Positions 1 through 12,662 are shown, numbered from the whole stretch's first letter. The stretch: DNA of 62,872 nucleotides, filler included, from Choristocarpus tenellus KU-1152 (GCA_964200185.2; 11 parts of 11 records of this genome joined end to end with filler, not necessarily neighbours in it), one strand, 5' to 3'. The notes: a model not told the origin generated them from the letters alone. Numbers and translations: made by a program.

Positions 1-325
1 TCAAGAATCCATGATTCCACGGACAGACTTTCTGTCCGAATTGTCATATACATGGAAGATCCACTTCGTTCTTGGATTTGATACCAATCACTACTTAGAT
101 AGAGATCATGCACCCAATTCGATTGGTTGGGTCGTTTTGTTTCATATTTTGGATGGATCTGGAACCCTACAATGATTTCACATTCCAACACAGTTACTAC
201 AACATATTTTTAAGTAATAAGAGGTGGTGGCCTTACTTACCGTCTTAGTCACAATCACAAAAATCGATTTACTTCATAATGTTTGAACAAATATAATTTA
301 CATTATTGTAACCCACACCTACTCC

Positions 326-3300
326 ATGCCACGTAGGAAAGATCCTGAAGATACAGATGGCAATGTCCCCAACACTTTCACTTGGGGTAGCAGCGAAGGT
401 GGAAGACTTGGGTACGAGTCAGGTTCCATCATTTCTCAAGATGTTCCTCGACCAGTGTACTCTCTGGGTTCTGCGGAATGTTGTCGTGCAGTTAGGGCAG
501 CTGCGGGGGGTAGACATTCCCTGTTTCTCCTTCGCAATGGAAAAGTTCTGTCCTGTGGGGTATGGGACAACGGCCAGTTAGGATGTATAGATCGGCCGAT
601 AGTGAGAGTACCCAGTAGTACAGAGGAGATGATACCCGTTCCCAAATCCCTCGTTCCTCGTGGGTTAGTGATACATCCATTGCCTGTACGTGGCATTGGG
701 AAAGTTGTCGTCACTGAGCTCGCCGCATCGTTTGCGTCCAGCTTTCTCCTCACCACCTCCGGCCAGGTAAGATGATATCAAGACGATGGCTTTAGTTGAA
801 TGGGGAAGGACTAAATGTTGTACGCCATCGTCACACTGATTTTAACTGAGTGTCACATGTTACTTGGTGTTTTCGTAGTGAGAATATCTCAGTCGTGATG
901 ATGAAAATTTAGTCATTGATATGTCGCTTTCTATGTCTAACCAGGTATGGTCATGGGGGAGTGGTCGCTATGGATGTCTTGGACTTGGCGATGAGCGAGA
1001 CCGTTGGTCTCCTGAGTGCATTCCACTATTTTCGGAGAGGCAGGGTACGCCTGTTGCGCAGCTCAGTGCAGGACGGTGGCATGCAATCTGCCTCACTAAA
1101 GCCAAGACAACATTTGCCTGGGGTAGGAACAACCATGGACAGGTGTGAAAGGTATATACCTCTAGCACAACAGAGAATATGGGCAGAAGCAGTGTTGCTA
1201 AGTCAAGTCTTAGAACAATAAGTTGACTTTCTGCGAAAGAAAAAGTGTTACGACTCATTTGATCAAAGATCATGACTGTAGTCTGTGCCTGGGACACCTG
1301 GCACGACAGAGGCGCAGTGAACCTGCCTTGAGGTGTGACGAGCATCAATGTGTACACACTGACTGGTAGGACGGAGTTGGGGAAGGAATACATGCTTCAA
1401 GCAAGAATGACAATCGAAATAGGTTTTTGCAGTCACAGTGAAGAGTATGTGACCCTCCCCATAGATCAAAGGAGTGATTGCAGTCTGGTGGGGCAAAATT
1501 AGGAAGAATTTCTTCAGGGTAAGTGCTGAGTCTCTGTTACGACTAGAACATGCAGGCTTGGCCTGTTGACAATGTATCACTCAGGGAATTGTGAGAAATT
1601 AAAAACAAGGTACTTTTTGCAGTTGAATACCCATGCAATATGTCCATGGTGCCCTAGACCTCTGTGATCTCACCAGCTAACATACCCATTATGGTATGAT
1701 TAATCCTCAGAGAGAGCATCTCCAGCAAAGGCAACATGTTGTTTACCGTGAGGCGTCACATGATTGAATTACTACCTCAACCCAGTCCTTTGCGAGAGCT
1801 TCCAAGTGATGCCAAGTAATTCAAGTGTAGCGGAGGTTGCAGCCAAATATATCCTACAATAATTCTGGATCTACATATGACACTTTCGCCACCTTAAAAT
1901 CTTGGGGCGACTTTTTCATGTTGACTTACATGCCAAACATGCCATCTACGCCGCCTATTCTCTTGCAAATCACGTTCTTTATGTATCTATGTCATGACAG
2001 CTTGGGGTCCACAGTGTGAGCATGTGCGAACCATGTCCTGTACAAACACCCTGGAATCCGCAGGAGACCCCTGTACAGGTCTCTGCAGGTGGCGAGCACT
2101 GTGTGGCCCTTGTGGATCTTCTTCGGTCTAACCTAAAGAGGGAGTTGGTGGCATTTGCATGGGGACATCCAGGCAATGGTCGCCTTGGATGGTATCGGGA
2201 GCCAACCCATGCCTCCCCAATTGAGGTGGAGGAACTAACAGAAATGCTGCATAATACAAAATGCAAACTAAGCTCCCTATCTGCTGGTGGAAGTCACACG
2301 TTGGCTCTCTTGGGATCAGGAGAATTAGCAGCGTGGGGGGCTGGGGGATATGGACAACTTGGAGATGGCCACATGTGGGACAGACCCAAGGCAGTCAAGG
2401 TATCAGGGCTGAATGGAGCACGCCAGGCAAGTGCAGGAGAACGTCACAGTGTGGCACTTGTGTCTGATGGAGGAAGTCGATCTGAGGTTTGGGGGTGGGG
2501 TTTTAACCGTTGGGGAGAAATAGGATGCAGTGGGTGTGAGGTGAAGTTGCAACCCCAGCATGTGGCGGGCCTGACAGGGTGTATGGTGGAGCGGGTAGAG
2601 GCCGGCGAGAGGCACACAATTGCCATGACCAATGGAAGAGCTCGTCGAGTGAAAGACTTGCCTGAGTACAAAGGGTTTATCAATGCATATCGGAGTGGAG
2701 GCTTAGCTGTTTACAATGCACTGCAGCAAACCATGGTTACGAAAGGTCTCAATCCAATGTGGCTTGATACTCCCAAAAAGTACTTCTCAGGTCAACCTGG
2801 CATGCAGGATGCAGAGTGCCGACCAGATAGTGTGGAGGTTGGCATGGAATGGTGCATGGATATGGCTCCCAAGGGAAAGGATCTGTTTGACGGTGTAAGG
2901 GGAGGTTTAGAAGTGGTGTACATATGTCGTCCGTGCCGTCTAGAGAGAGCGTGTCTGGCTTGTGTGCGCATTTGCCACACAGGCCACTGTATAGAGCCCA
3001 TACTCCAGCTCAGGAACAAATCAAAACCATGCGACTGTAGTGCCACACAAGGCATGTGCGCTTGCAAATGGAGCCCCATGCGCGAACACTTTCGACACAT
3101 GTCTGGTGTAGCTTCAGGCCAAGGAGGAAGCAATGCAGGCAGTGTAAGGGGGAGGGGCATGGCTGGGAGGGATGGGACTCTGGACCCTTCAGAGCTGCGT
3201 GAGCTGTTGCAAGTGGTGCGGGGAGGTGCAGCGTTTGTGACATCAGAAAATGTTGAGGATGGCATAATGGAGCTCACTGGTGGTGGAGAGCTGGAACGCC

Positions 3301-3380
3301 TTGAATACCTCTGCTTTGAGAGGTGGTATGAAGTATACTTTGCACAGATAGACGAGGCTATGAAACATGAAGGAGTATGA
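326..3380 (+). CDS. RCC1-repeat protein with C-terminal CCDC53-like motif, UBR-type zinc finger and EF-hand-like segment (exons 326/337-766, 945-1142, 2001-3380)
   Basis: Repeated RCC1 blade motifs (WGSSEGGRLG, AAGGRHSLFL, WSWGSGRYGCLGLG, SAGGEHCVAL, WGAGGYGQLGDG, AGERHTIA). In-frame GT-AG joins at 766/945 and 1142/2001. Cys/His cluster CRPC...CLACVRICHTGH...PCDC...C. The 5' end is uncertain: ATG at 326, or an acceptor AG at 335-336 with upstream exons outside the window. Confidence 0.88.
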
Positions 3381-4351
3381 CATATTCAAAGACATGGTCA
3401 GATGTTGCATGTATGTTTAACAATGTTGTGATAGGATACAAACAAAAGTCGTTGGTGTGTCCAATCTTGGAAGGGCCAGATTGCTAGGCGGACTCCCAAT
3501 ATATTGCTCATGAGATACCACCTACTCCGTGTGATGTCACAATATCTGTGGAATGGTATAGGTTGACCTCTGACTGCCCTGTTGGTTTTGATCAAAGACT
3601 GCACAATGTATAGATGCATTACCATACACTGTGAAGTACTCAGAAAGATAACAAAATATGGTGTTGCACGCATACTAGAGCTCTATTGGACATAGCTATC
3701 ACAAATAATGGGTCAAATACTGCTGAGGTTATACTCTGCTAATACCCAATAATCAGGTAAAACAGCAAGAATCTAAGAGAACTTCAGCTGTTAGTCATCC
3801 AATAGTCATCACCCAATGAAGTAGTGGCCTCCTTATGCCTGCAACAAGTGGGCCATTCATAAACTACTTGGCATCGTTTTTGAGGGAAGTATCATTGTAT
3901 CATCGGTGGTGCATTTCAACAATTGAAACCATGCAAGAACAACCAGAAACATTACTCACGTGGTCGCCAAAGGAGCTTGTCTCACTGAAAGAGCTATTTG
4001 CTAATAAACCACAGAGAACTTAAATATATATATATATTCACTACAAACAAAATACACTCATGTACACCCAGTGCAGCTGACCTTCAACTAACGAATCTAG
4101 GCACTAACTAGACCAAAGAAACAAAGGAGCAGTCTCTTCAGGAAATGATTTGAGGTTTACACGAGACCACAATGCAAAACATTGCGTCTCCTAGCATCCC
4201 CTGCGAAGAAGATATATATATATATATATTTATTCTAGTCTTCACATGTCCACAACAACTGTTCACATGCTGCATAGTATCGAACCCTGCCCATAACATG
4301 TGGGTGTAGCAGAAGAGATCCCGTGCAAGAGTTTAGGGTTAGGACCTAGGT

Positions 4352-7338
4352 CTACTCCTGACCAAGAAGCTCTACACTCTTTTCCATGGCCAGCGCAATA
4401 GTCTCAGGGCGCAGGTTTATCCCAGGCACCTGTTTGAAACAAGCAAAAACAGGAGCACGATTGAAGTTATGGTCACGTTTGGTTTTGACTCAGGGTGGGT
4501 TGGGGTTAAATGTATTGTTATTGAAGCATGTCAACATTGGAGGCGTAGGGAAATCTGCAGGGTGATTGAGTTGTGTTGGAGTATTGTATTGCAAAGTAGC
4601 ATTCCGTTGGTCAAAAGTAAAAACAAAAAGTTGCCTTCTCCCTCCTCTCCCTACCCCTTGGGTTATTGACAAAACTCTCAAACAGGATAATCGTAACCTA
4701 ACAAAACAAGTCTGTCTACTAGGATAAATATCAAAGGCTGTGTCACCATTACTGTACAAAAAAAACTGTTACCACAGTATTAGACAACAGCACTGTCCCA
4801 CTCCCTTGCAGCCCATCAAGTAGGGCCAAAACTGAGGGGTTTTATGCACTAAGAAGGAGAGGTTTTTGGATGAACACATTCCAATGGTTAAATGCGACAT
4901 CCACATTGTTTGACTGGTTCACACTGTCTCTTTTTGTACCACATTTCCTGGCCCTTGCTCTTCTCATCATTCACATTCACACGAGTCCATAATGCAGACA
5001 TCCTCACGTTAATTTTGGATAGATTTCCGCAGCCTTTTACTATCCTTGAAACAGACACATCTGTAACCCTGTGTTGGTGTTCAGCCAGCCAGGGGGGACG
5101 CCCAATGCTGAGGAATTCCAAGTAACTTAGGCGGCTAAGGGTTGAAACAGCAAAGTCCGAGAGGTTGGTCAGACCATCCAGGTTCAAGCAACGCAGCTGT
5201 CTGAGGTTGTTTGAAATGGAGATAATCTGGACAAAATAAAGACCGAGCAGCAGGGAACAGGCAGGGGGATGGGGAAGGTCAGAAACAATGAGCAAGACAG
5301 CTCTAGAATACAGGGCTGGGAGGTATCTGGAAAGAACGCCATCACCATATACTGATATTGCACTACCTCTGAAGTGCTACAGACACTGCACCTGGTTTCC
5401 TTACTGGGTGCCGATGCTGAAGAACAAGGGCACCAGTCAGTTTCACCACCAGAAGAAAAGCAATTCCCATCACAGCAGTTCATGATGTGCATAAAATCTT
5501 TGCCCATTGCTCCAATCGACTACTTACATCATGCAAGTAGAGTGCCCTTTGATGTGAATACTTTTTAGCAATAAAATGCGACGATAGATGTCTCAACGGG
5601 CGCAAATTACAGTCCATGTCAATACAACAACAGCGAGAAAGAAAGGATGTGGAGGACAAGCACTTTGTCCTTGTCTTTTTAGCACAAGACTTGGGGCTTA
5701 TATATGGGCAGAGTTCTCCTGATATGCACTGACATATAGAACTTTGAAAAAAAGAGATTAGAGTTTCAGATGCAATCTTCTAGTGGACAACCAATAACAA
5801 ATTTTGTTGGGACTTGTGGCCCTCCATAAAACTCACTGCTTGATCTTCAACCCTCCAGCAATTCTTCAGTATAAGTGTCTCGAGCGCCAGGCATTGTTCA
5901 GTGATGGCTATCACAACAGAACTACGAAGTCCAGTGGTTGTACACCCAGACAAGTCCAGGAGAAGCAAGTTTGTGAGGTGAGGAGTGGCACGACAAAGGG
6001 CCTCTGATGGCAGCATTGTAACTTTGCAGATCCGCAGGTGCGTTAGGGAACACCCCCACCTCAATGCTACAGTCTGCTTGTTGGCGGGCATGAATGACAA
6101 CGCAAGCATGGGTAGTGGTGTCATCTGGTGGTGGAATGGAAGTTAGAAAAAAGAGAATTTTTACAAAAAGGTGATGATGGCAGTAGTACAGATGACCGAA
6201 ATGGTATACATGCAGCATAGGAAAATGCGGACGTCGGCTTGGGAGAAAAATTGTACATGAACGCATCAGCATGAACATGTCAGTGAATGCCACTTGCATA
6301 GTCGGTACTGAGTCACTTGTTTAGGGCATCAAGAACAAACAACACAAGGATCGTACTTCATTTTGTCTTGTATGGTGGGGTAGGCAGTCAAGGTCTGCTG
6401 GTGTGAAGATATCAGCATGGAATACATTGAGTGTGCGAGAGCAGTCACTGTAATCACAGTATTGGTATTTCCGTTCTCAACCACATACTCGTCACCCGTC
6501 AACTGCACAAACGAATCCTCGAGGCCCACGCTTGCTGGTAACCTAAAGAAAATAATCGTATGAAAATAGGATCGAGAGGTCAGGTTTCGGGGCTGCAACA
6601 TCCAATGGAATAGGGATTAATTGGGAAACAAACCTCTAGAACACGATCATCAGATATGCGACAACGTGAAATGTCGAGGTGATGCAATTCGATGTTGCCC
6701 AAACAAAGGTGAGCGGCCATCACATCGACGCTTGACCCAGGAGGAAGAGAAAGCGACGTGAGGTCACCTTTCCGTCCCAGGGTTCCGTACAACTCTCGTC
6801 CAATACTCCCGCCGAGGAAGTCAGTAGGTAGGTGAAACGAAAGGTTCAGTTTCTTAAGCTGGCTGGTCTCTGCAAGGAAGGGCTGCATGTGTTGTAAAGA
6901 GGAAAACCCCACACTCGAGTGTTAGAGTGAGTATACCTATCCTGTTAAGCCAATGCAAGGAAGCCTGGTAAAAGAGTGTGCTTATTCGGCGGATGAAAAA
7001 TAGAGAGGGGATCGCAACTGTGATGAGTTGGGGAGGGTAGACTCTTGTCCATCTTCGTATATTGCGAACGAGAATCATATCATGGTACCACCCAGCTACA
7101 TGGTACATTTCAAATTCACCTTCATATCTTCAAGCATTGTCCGTGCTTCTTCGCTACTCAAGGGCTCACAAATTGTCCTCGACTGTTCGCGTTCGAAACA
7201 CAGACGAAAAAGGTCATACACGATGTTAGGAGGGATCCCGTCCAGGGTGAGCAACCTTTCTCGGTTGTGCGCGATGCAAGCCATGGCGAGTTTCAATAGG
7301 GATGGCACAGTTTTCTCTCTCTTTCTTTTCCTCCCCAT
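4352..7338 (-). CDS. BC-box (Elongin C-binding-like) + leucine-rich-repeat protein, about 338 aa (exons 7338-7120, 6964-6937, 6869-6634, 6073-5837, 5226-5008, 4429-4352)
   Basis: N-terminal VPSLLKLAMACIAHN...LDGIPPNIVYDLF. Cys-containing LRRs (LHHLDISRCRISD, LLLLDLSGC, LETLILKNCWRVED, LRCLNLDGLTNLSD). All six exons join in frame with GT-AG and end in TAG at 4354-4352. Confidence 0.8.
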
Positions 7339-7707
7339 GATCCAACTCTATTGTTGGTTGTGCTAGAGTGTGCTGCACAGACACGACTACTGTCTACTAC
7401 TTTTTCTTAGGGTATTAATGTTAAAGAGAATTTTGATATTTTGAGATGCGCAGAACAACATTTAAAAATGGTTGCCTTAACCCTTGCATTATAAGGCAGA
7501 GAGTATGAAGTAGATAGAGAGAGAGGGAGAGAGAGGGAGAGAGAGCAAGTGTTGCATACCAAGCTTGGAAAGCCGAAGGAAGAGGCGAGGGCAAGGTGGA
7601 AGGCTCGAGGAATTGTGGATTGTTAGCCAGGGTGGGGCAGCCTCGGTGGGGTGTGTGTCTGAAATGTTGACGTTGACCTTGTTTCCTGTGTAGGTTATTT
7701 CGACGGG
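7339..7707. promoter_or_regulatory. Putative bidirectional promoter region between divergent genes
   Basis: Only about 370 bp separate the divergent ATGs at 7338 (-) and 7708 (+); contains a GA-rich tract at 7497-7546. Confidence 0.45.
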
Positions 7708-10700
7708 ATGAACTCTACTGGAGAAGCCAGGAATGGCAACAGTGGTCTTGCTACTCAGGGCCAAGGATCTGGGGCTGGGAATTCGGGAGGAGGAAACCGA
7801 AAGAAAAAGAAGTCGGGTGGTAGGGGCGGTGGTAGGGGTATGGCTGGAGGGGGTGGAGGAGGTGGAGGAGGTGGAGGAAGTGGAGGTGGTGGTGCTGGAC
7901 CTGGAAATCAACAGGTATGTTACGGAGTCGCTTATTCCACCAGATTTGATCCCTCACTGTAGGTAGTGGGGTTTGGGTTTGCACGCTTGTGTCGACTGCA
8001 CTGCAAGGGAGCTTTGAGGTCAGGGCTCATGCTACTTGACTGAAAACCTATCTGAGATGACAAGATTCGCTCAACTTCAGTCCTCAACAATCTCCGACCA
8101 CCACCACGACCACTACCCCGACCACGACCACGACGACCACGACGATCACTGCCACCGTATCTCTCTCGTCGCTCGGCTCCTTTTCTCTGCCTGAGCAGAC
8201 CCCTCCTCGGGGACAGGGTGTAGGGCGCCCACAGGGAGGAGGTGGTATCCGTCACCCAGGTTCCATGTCTGATGCAGAAGTCATGGCACACTTCCAGGAT
8301 CTGAAGAGTCAGGGTCTGCCCAATGTCAAGATGGCGTTTGAGTCCTATGAAAGGGATCGAGACGAGGCTAAGCTGTTCAGCAACGCACGCCGAATAGTCA
8401 ACCATGACCAGAAGCAGAAACAACGGAAACATGGTAGTAATTCTCCAGGGGTTCAGAACCCGGGGCTTTCCCAAGGGCAGATCCAAGGGAAAGTACAGGG
8501 GCAGGAACAGGGGCAGGAACAGGGGCAGGGACAGGGGCAGGGTATTGGACCAAAGGGCAGAGGCAAGAAGGGAAGGAAGGGTTCGAAAGTTGGCCGTCAG
8601 TGGGAAAGGGACAAGGAGGAAGGATCGCCTCCTCCAGGGGAGGAGCATTTTACTCCCCTTCACTCCCCATTTAATGATGCCACAGTCACACCATCCACCT
8701 TGGGGTCCCCGGGTTTTGAGCCTGGTTTTGAGGTGAGTCGTGGAGACCTGACAGTTTGGAATATATCATTGAAGCACCATCCACACTATGCTGAGCTTGT
8801 CAAGCATTGTGTTGTTCTTTGTAGATTGGATGCGATGTTGCTATTGTGATCACTATTGTGAATTGTCACTGGGATTAATATAGCACATATCTAAATTTGT
8901 TAGTGAAGTAGTTGTTCTCACTATCCCCATTTTCAGTACACAGAAAACCCTTCATATCCACTGGATTTCAACCGAATAGAAAGTTGTTCGCGTTGCATCC
9001 TGAACACACCACCTGTAGTTCTCCTAGATTGTCCAGATACTGTTTTAGGGTTTGATATACATTGTTATGCTCATAGTCAACAATAATGCCATATCGAGAT
9101 GACACAAAGAGTCCCTTTTAGGTATGCAGAGCGGGCACAGGGAGGGCTTGACATTCCCACTATGCATAGGCCAGGACCTTAAGGTTGGACTTTGGCTCTC
9201 GGCTATTTCGCTGCAGGCACACACACACACACACATACACACATAGTGAATCTGAGAGGTTAGGATATGCTCCAATGTTCTTTCCAGAAGGTGGCCCGGT
9301 TGATTGTAAACCCTCTCTTTGCATGTGCTTTGGTGGTTGGATGTTCTGAGGCATGCTGTACCCCAATTTTGAACTGAATGCCTACTTGTGCTAAGTGATG
9401 CTGTTAACCCTACTCTACCAAAGACTATACCCATGTGTCCAATGAAAACGGGAATATTGGATTGAGGCACTGCCTTGCAAATGTGTGCAGGAACCCTTGC
9501 TTTTTTGAGTGTTGTTGTGGTTGTCTGCACTACAGTGCACACCATGGGTACAAATGCCAATACCCACTGGGTGTGTAGCAACAGGTACTCACACAGAAGG
9601 AGGAAATAATATGAGTACATCCTGGCTACTCTCTGTAGATGAGAGACAGCCATGTTAAAATCATCTACGTCTATGTTCTCATTTTATTTTTTGAGATTTG
9701 TGTGTTGACTTTTTTCCTCGGTGCTCTTGTAATGGGCTTGCTGCTGCTTGTGGTTTTGCTTGTCATGTAGGGCAACAGCACATCCTCATCATTGGCAGGA
9801 CTTGATGGAGGTACCCCTGGAATTGCTGCAGAAGCGGTCAATTCCAATCCCACACTGGTGACCCATCTAGAAAGCCTCAGTATGGATGGGGCACAGGTGT
9901 ACGCTGGCAGGCAGAATGCTCAACAGGTGAATTATAGGCTTCCTGGTTAAGGCCAGCATTAGGGTTAGGGTTAAGTTTGGTGTCATTGTGGGACAACATC
10001 ATCCTATTGGCTCATTTTGTAACGTGATGTTTCTGTGACTCATTGTGTTACACAAAGAGTTTCTGTTGGTTGATTCTTTGGTAGTGTGATTTATTCCTTA
10101 CTTATTGATCTCTTCATGACTCCTTACCAACAGCAACAGCAGCACTCGCAACATCAGTTTCATCAGCAGAACCAGAACCAGAACCAGCACCAGCAACGAG
10201 GACCGGAAGAGCAGCAAGGGGGTGGGCAACTCTACCCTCAGCAACAATGGCAGCAACAGCAGCTTGGAGGAGGATTGAGCAGTGGGTTTCTTCACCAGGG
10301 GGCGCAGTGCAAAAACCTCCATGAGTTGCAGCATGAAAACCTCAATCAGAACCAGAATCAGCAGACTTCCCTTCCGCTGGTGTCTGGAGGTGTACACTCA
10401 AGTAACAACTCAGAAGTGATGGGAGGATGGTCTCCTTTTGCAGTCACTCCGTTGTCACCCTCACACAACCGTGGTACTACCCAACCGGGAGGGGGTAACC
10501 CTGCGGGATGGGGGGGAGGGGGCACGACAGAGTCATTTCCGCTGCATGATAGCTTTGGGGAGTCTGGCTCAGGCGTGAACCAAGTGGTGGGCCAAGGGGT
10601 GACAGGTTTGTCTACTGGGGTGGGACCAGAGGAGGGGCAGGGGGAGGGGAGCATGATGGAGGCTCAAGATGGTAGTGACATGTTGCCAGAGGGTGCAGAA

Positions 10701-10808
10701 GAGCAATGCTACTGCACACCAGATGGGCAGGTCAAGAAGAGCAGTTGGATGAAGTATCTTGATGAGAATGGAAAGTCGTACTGGAATAACATTGTCACGA
10801 GCATGTCG
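7708..10808 (+). CDS. Gly/Gln-rich low-complexity protein with a WW domain, 3' partial (exons 7708-7914, 8199-8732, 9771-9926, 10134-10808)
   Basis: Phase-0 GT-AG joins keep one frame. The last exon ends SSWMKYLDENGKSYWNNIVTSMS (WW-domain pattern), cut by a GTGAGT donor at 10809; the next exon was not located before the contig end. Confidence 0.7.
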
Positions 10809-11712
10809 GTGAGTGCTCTTGTGTGAACTTACTTCAGTTGACCATAATGTTATGTTTAGCCCCAGCCCTGTGGGGGGTAAGCAGAGAGCTGTATTGCAGA
10901 TTCAATTTTGAGGATTTTTATTTGGGGCAGAGATTGTGGGGGAGAGGGAGAGGGGGAGATGGTACATATGATGTGGAGATATGTGTGTGTGTGTGTTTGT
11001 CCAAGAGTCCTCTTGTTCTTCTTGAGTGCTGGATGTGTTGAGGTTGAGGTAGCTTTACAGAACATGGGGTAGATAGGGAGATGTTTGACCTATTTATGAC
11101 TTATGGTTAGGGTTGCCTACCTATATTTTTGTGTAAAGGAGTGAATATATTGGAGGTTTTATGTTGATCTTTCTCACTTGTATTTTCCGTCGGACATATT
11201 TTTTTTACAGGTGATGTGATTTGATGTTGGGTGGTCCTTCGTAACACTGTGGAATTTTTCATTTGATGAGTGTGAGAACATAAACATCAATCTACATTGT
11301 CAAATAGATATGATGACTGATAATTTTGGTACATGCACATTTGATCTTCACAAGTTGGAATAAAGATTCAGTGGTGATTTGAAAGGAATATTGTTATTTT
11401 TGTTTTTGCTCTCATGGATTGAAGCGGTAGAGATCTATCAAGCACCCATGATGGCAATCAATGATACCATCATAAACATAACCTTCAACACATTTTTTTT
11501 TTTGGAGTACCCAAATGTGGATGAGTTTGTTGTTTTGATTGGATTGGTATGGGAATAGAATTGCCATGGACCATACTAGTACAATATGTGCTGGACCTGA
11601 TTTGAGTATGCTAGAAATAGTTAGACTGGCTGGTGGACATGGACTGGTACAAAACCTAGTGGACAGGGTACAAACAGGTTTTTAAGTTATTTGACTTGGG
11701 GTCAAAGTATCT

Positions 11713-11753
<41 letters not shown>

Positions 11754-11818
11754 GGGGGGGGGAAAAGGATTTTTTTTTTTGTTTTATGTTTTTAAAGTGT
11801 ACAACAAGAAGAGGAATG

Positions 11819-11918
11819 NNNNNNNNNNNNNNNNNNNNNNNNNNNNNNNNNNNNNNNNNNNNTTAATTAATTAANNNNNNNNNNNNNNNNNNNNNNNNNN
11901 NNNNNNNNNNNNNNNNNN
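11819..11918. other. Artificial contig linker 44N-TTAATTAATTAA-44N (also at 15339, 20411, 28861, 33672, 41824, 44614, 48030, 51097, 56661)
   Basis: Identical 100-bp spacer occurs 10 times; its palindromic core has TAA stops in all six frames. Confidence 0.98.
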
Positions 11919-12031
11919 CGAGGAGGAGTGTGCTGTGCTGATGTCTCCAAAGGCCTCTGACAAGGATTGAGGGTGTTTTGTTACACAGGTCTCTCAGGTG
12001 GAGCTGGATGGAGGTGTGTGCTAGAACACTA

Positions 12032-12662
12032 GTAAACCCCTGTGTCTACCGAGGAAGTAGTCAGCTGACTATCTCCTCGGTAGACACAGGAGTGAAAGTA
12101 TTGTAGAGGGTACGAGGTTTGCCCTATTTGTCCATTTGGGGCTTGGCTTCTAATGGGTTTATTACATTTTCCTATTCTAAAATGTTTCGGAAGTAGGTAA
12201 AATGTATACGTTATGAAAAAGTGTGTCCAGAACAAGGATATGGACACTTTATCAAAAATGACAACCAAGATTACATCAAAATCATAACATTGGATTTTTG
12301 CCCTCAAATGAACGCGGCCCTACCCTCTAAGATACTTTGGCTCACAGGGGTTTACGAATGTTCCATCACAAGCTAATCACGGGGGGATCGCAAACTGTTA
12401 GATTTGATGAGGTTTCGCCCGAGTGTTGCTATCCCTCTAATCAGTGACCAACTTCGGCGGGGCAGTTACTAATGTGAGGTTGTGTATCCTAGCGGCGTGT
12501 TTAGCCTATTGACGGATGTGTAACCATGTAACCATGTAACCATGTAACCATACCAGAATTCGATCCCATGACAGTAGCGTTGGTTAGAACATTACTATAC
12601 CCATGTATCTACAGAGTAGATAATCAGTTGACTATTTCCTCGGTAGACACAGGGGTTTAGTA
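12032..12662. repeat. Two copies of a ~66-70-bp palindrome (12032-12355, interrupted by MITE A; 12593-12662)
   Basis: With the MITE removed, the first copy reads GTAAACCCCTGTGTCTACCGAGGA-AG-TAGTCAGCTGACTA-TC-TCCTCGGTAGACACAGGGGTTTAC; the second copy is more diverged. Confidence 0.8.
12090..12343 (+). mobile_element. MITE family A, full copy (about 250 bp)
   Basis: Family TIRs GAGTGAAAGTATCTTAGAGGGTA / TACCCTCTAAGATACTTTGGCTC (left TIR slightly diverged here). Flanked by duplicated ACA(G); a matching empty site lies at about 12640-12660. Confidence 0.9.

Noticed and set aside
7932-8663. 243-aa minus-strand ORF
   Set aside because: Antisense shadow of a GC-rich exon and microsatellite; no domain signal.
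11819-11918. Recurrent TTAATTAATTAA palindrome inside N runs
   Set aside because: Fixed 44N+12+44N format ten times marks a synthetic contig linker; ORFs containing X and any gene cluster across linkers are artefacts.
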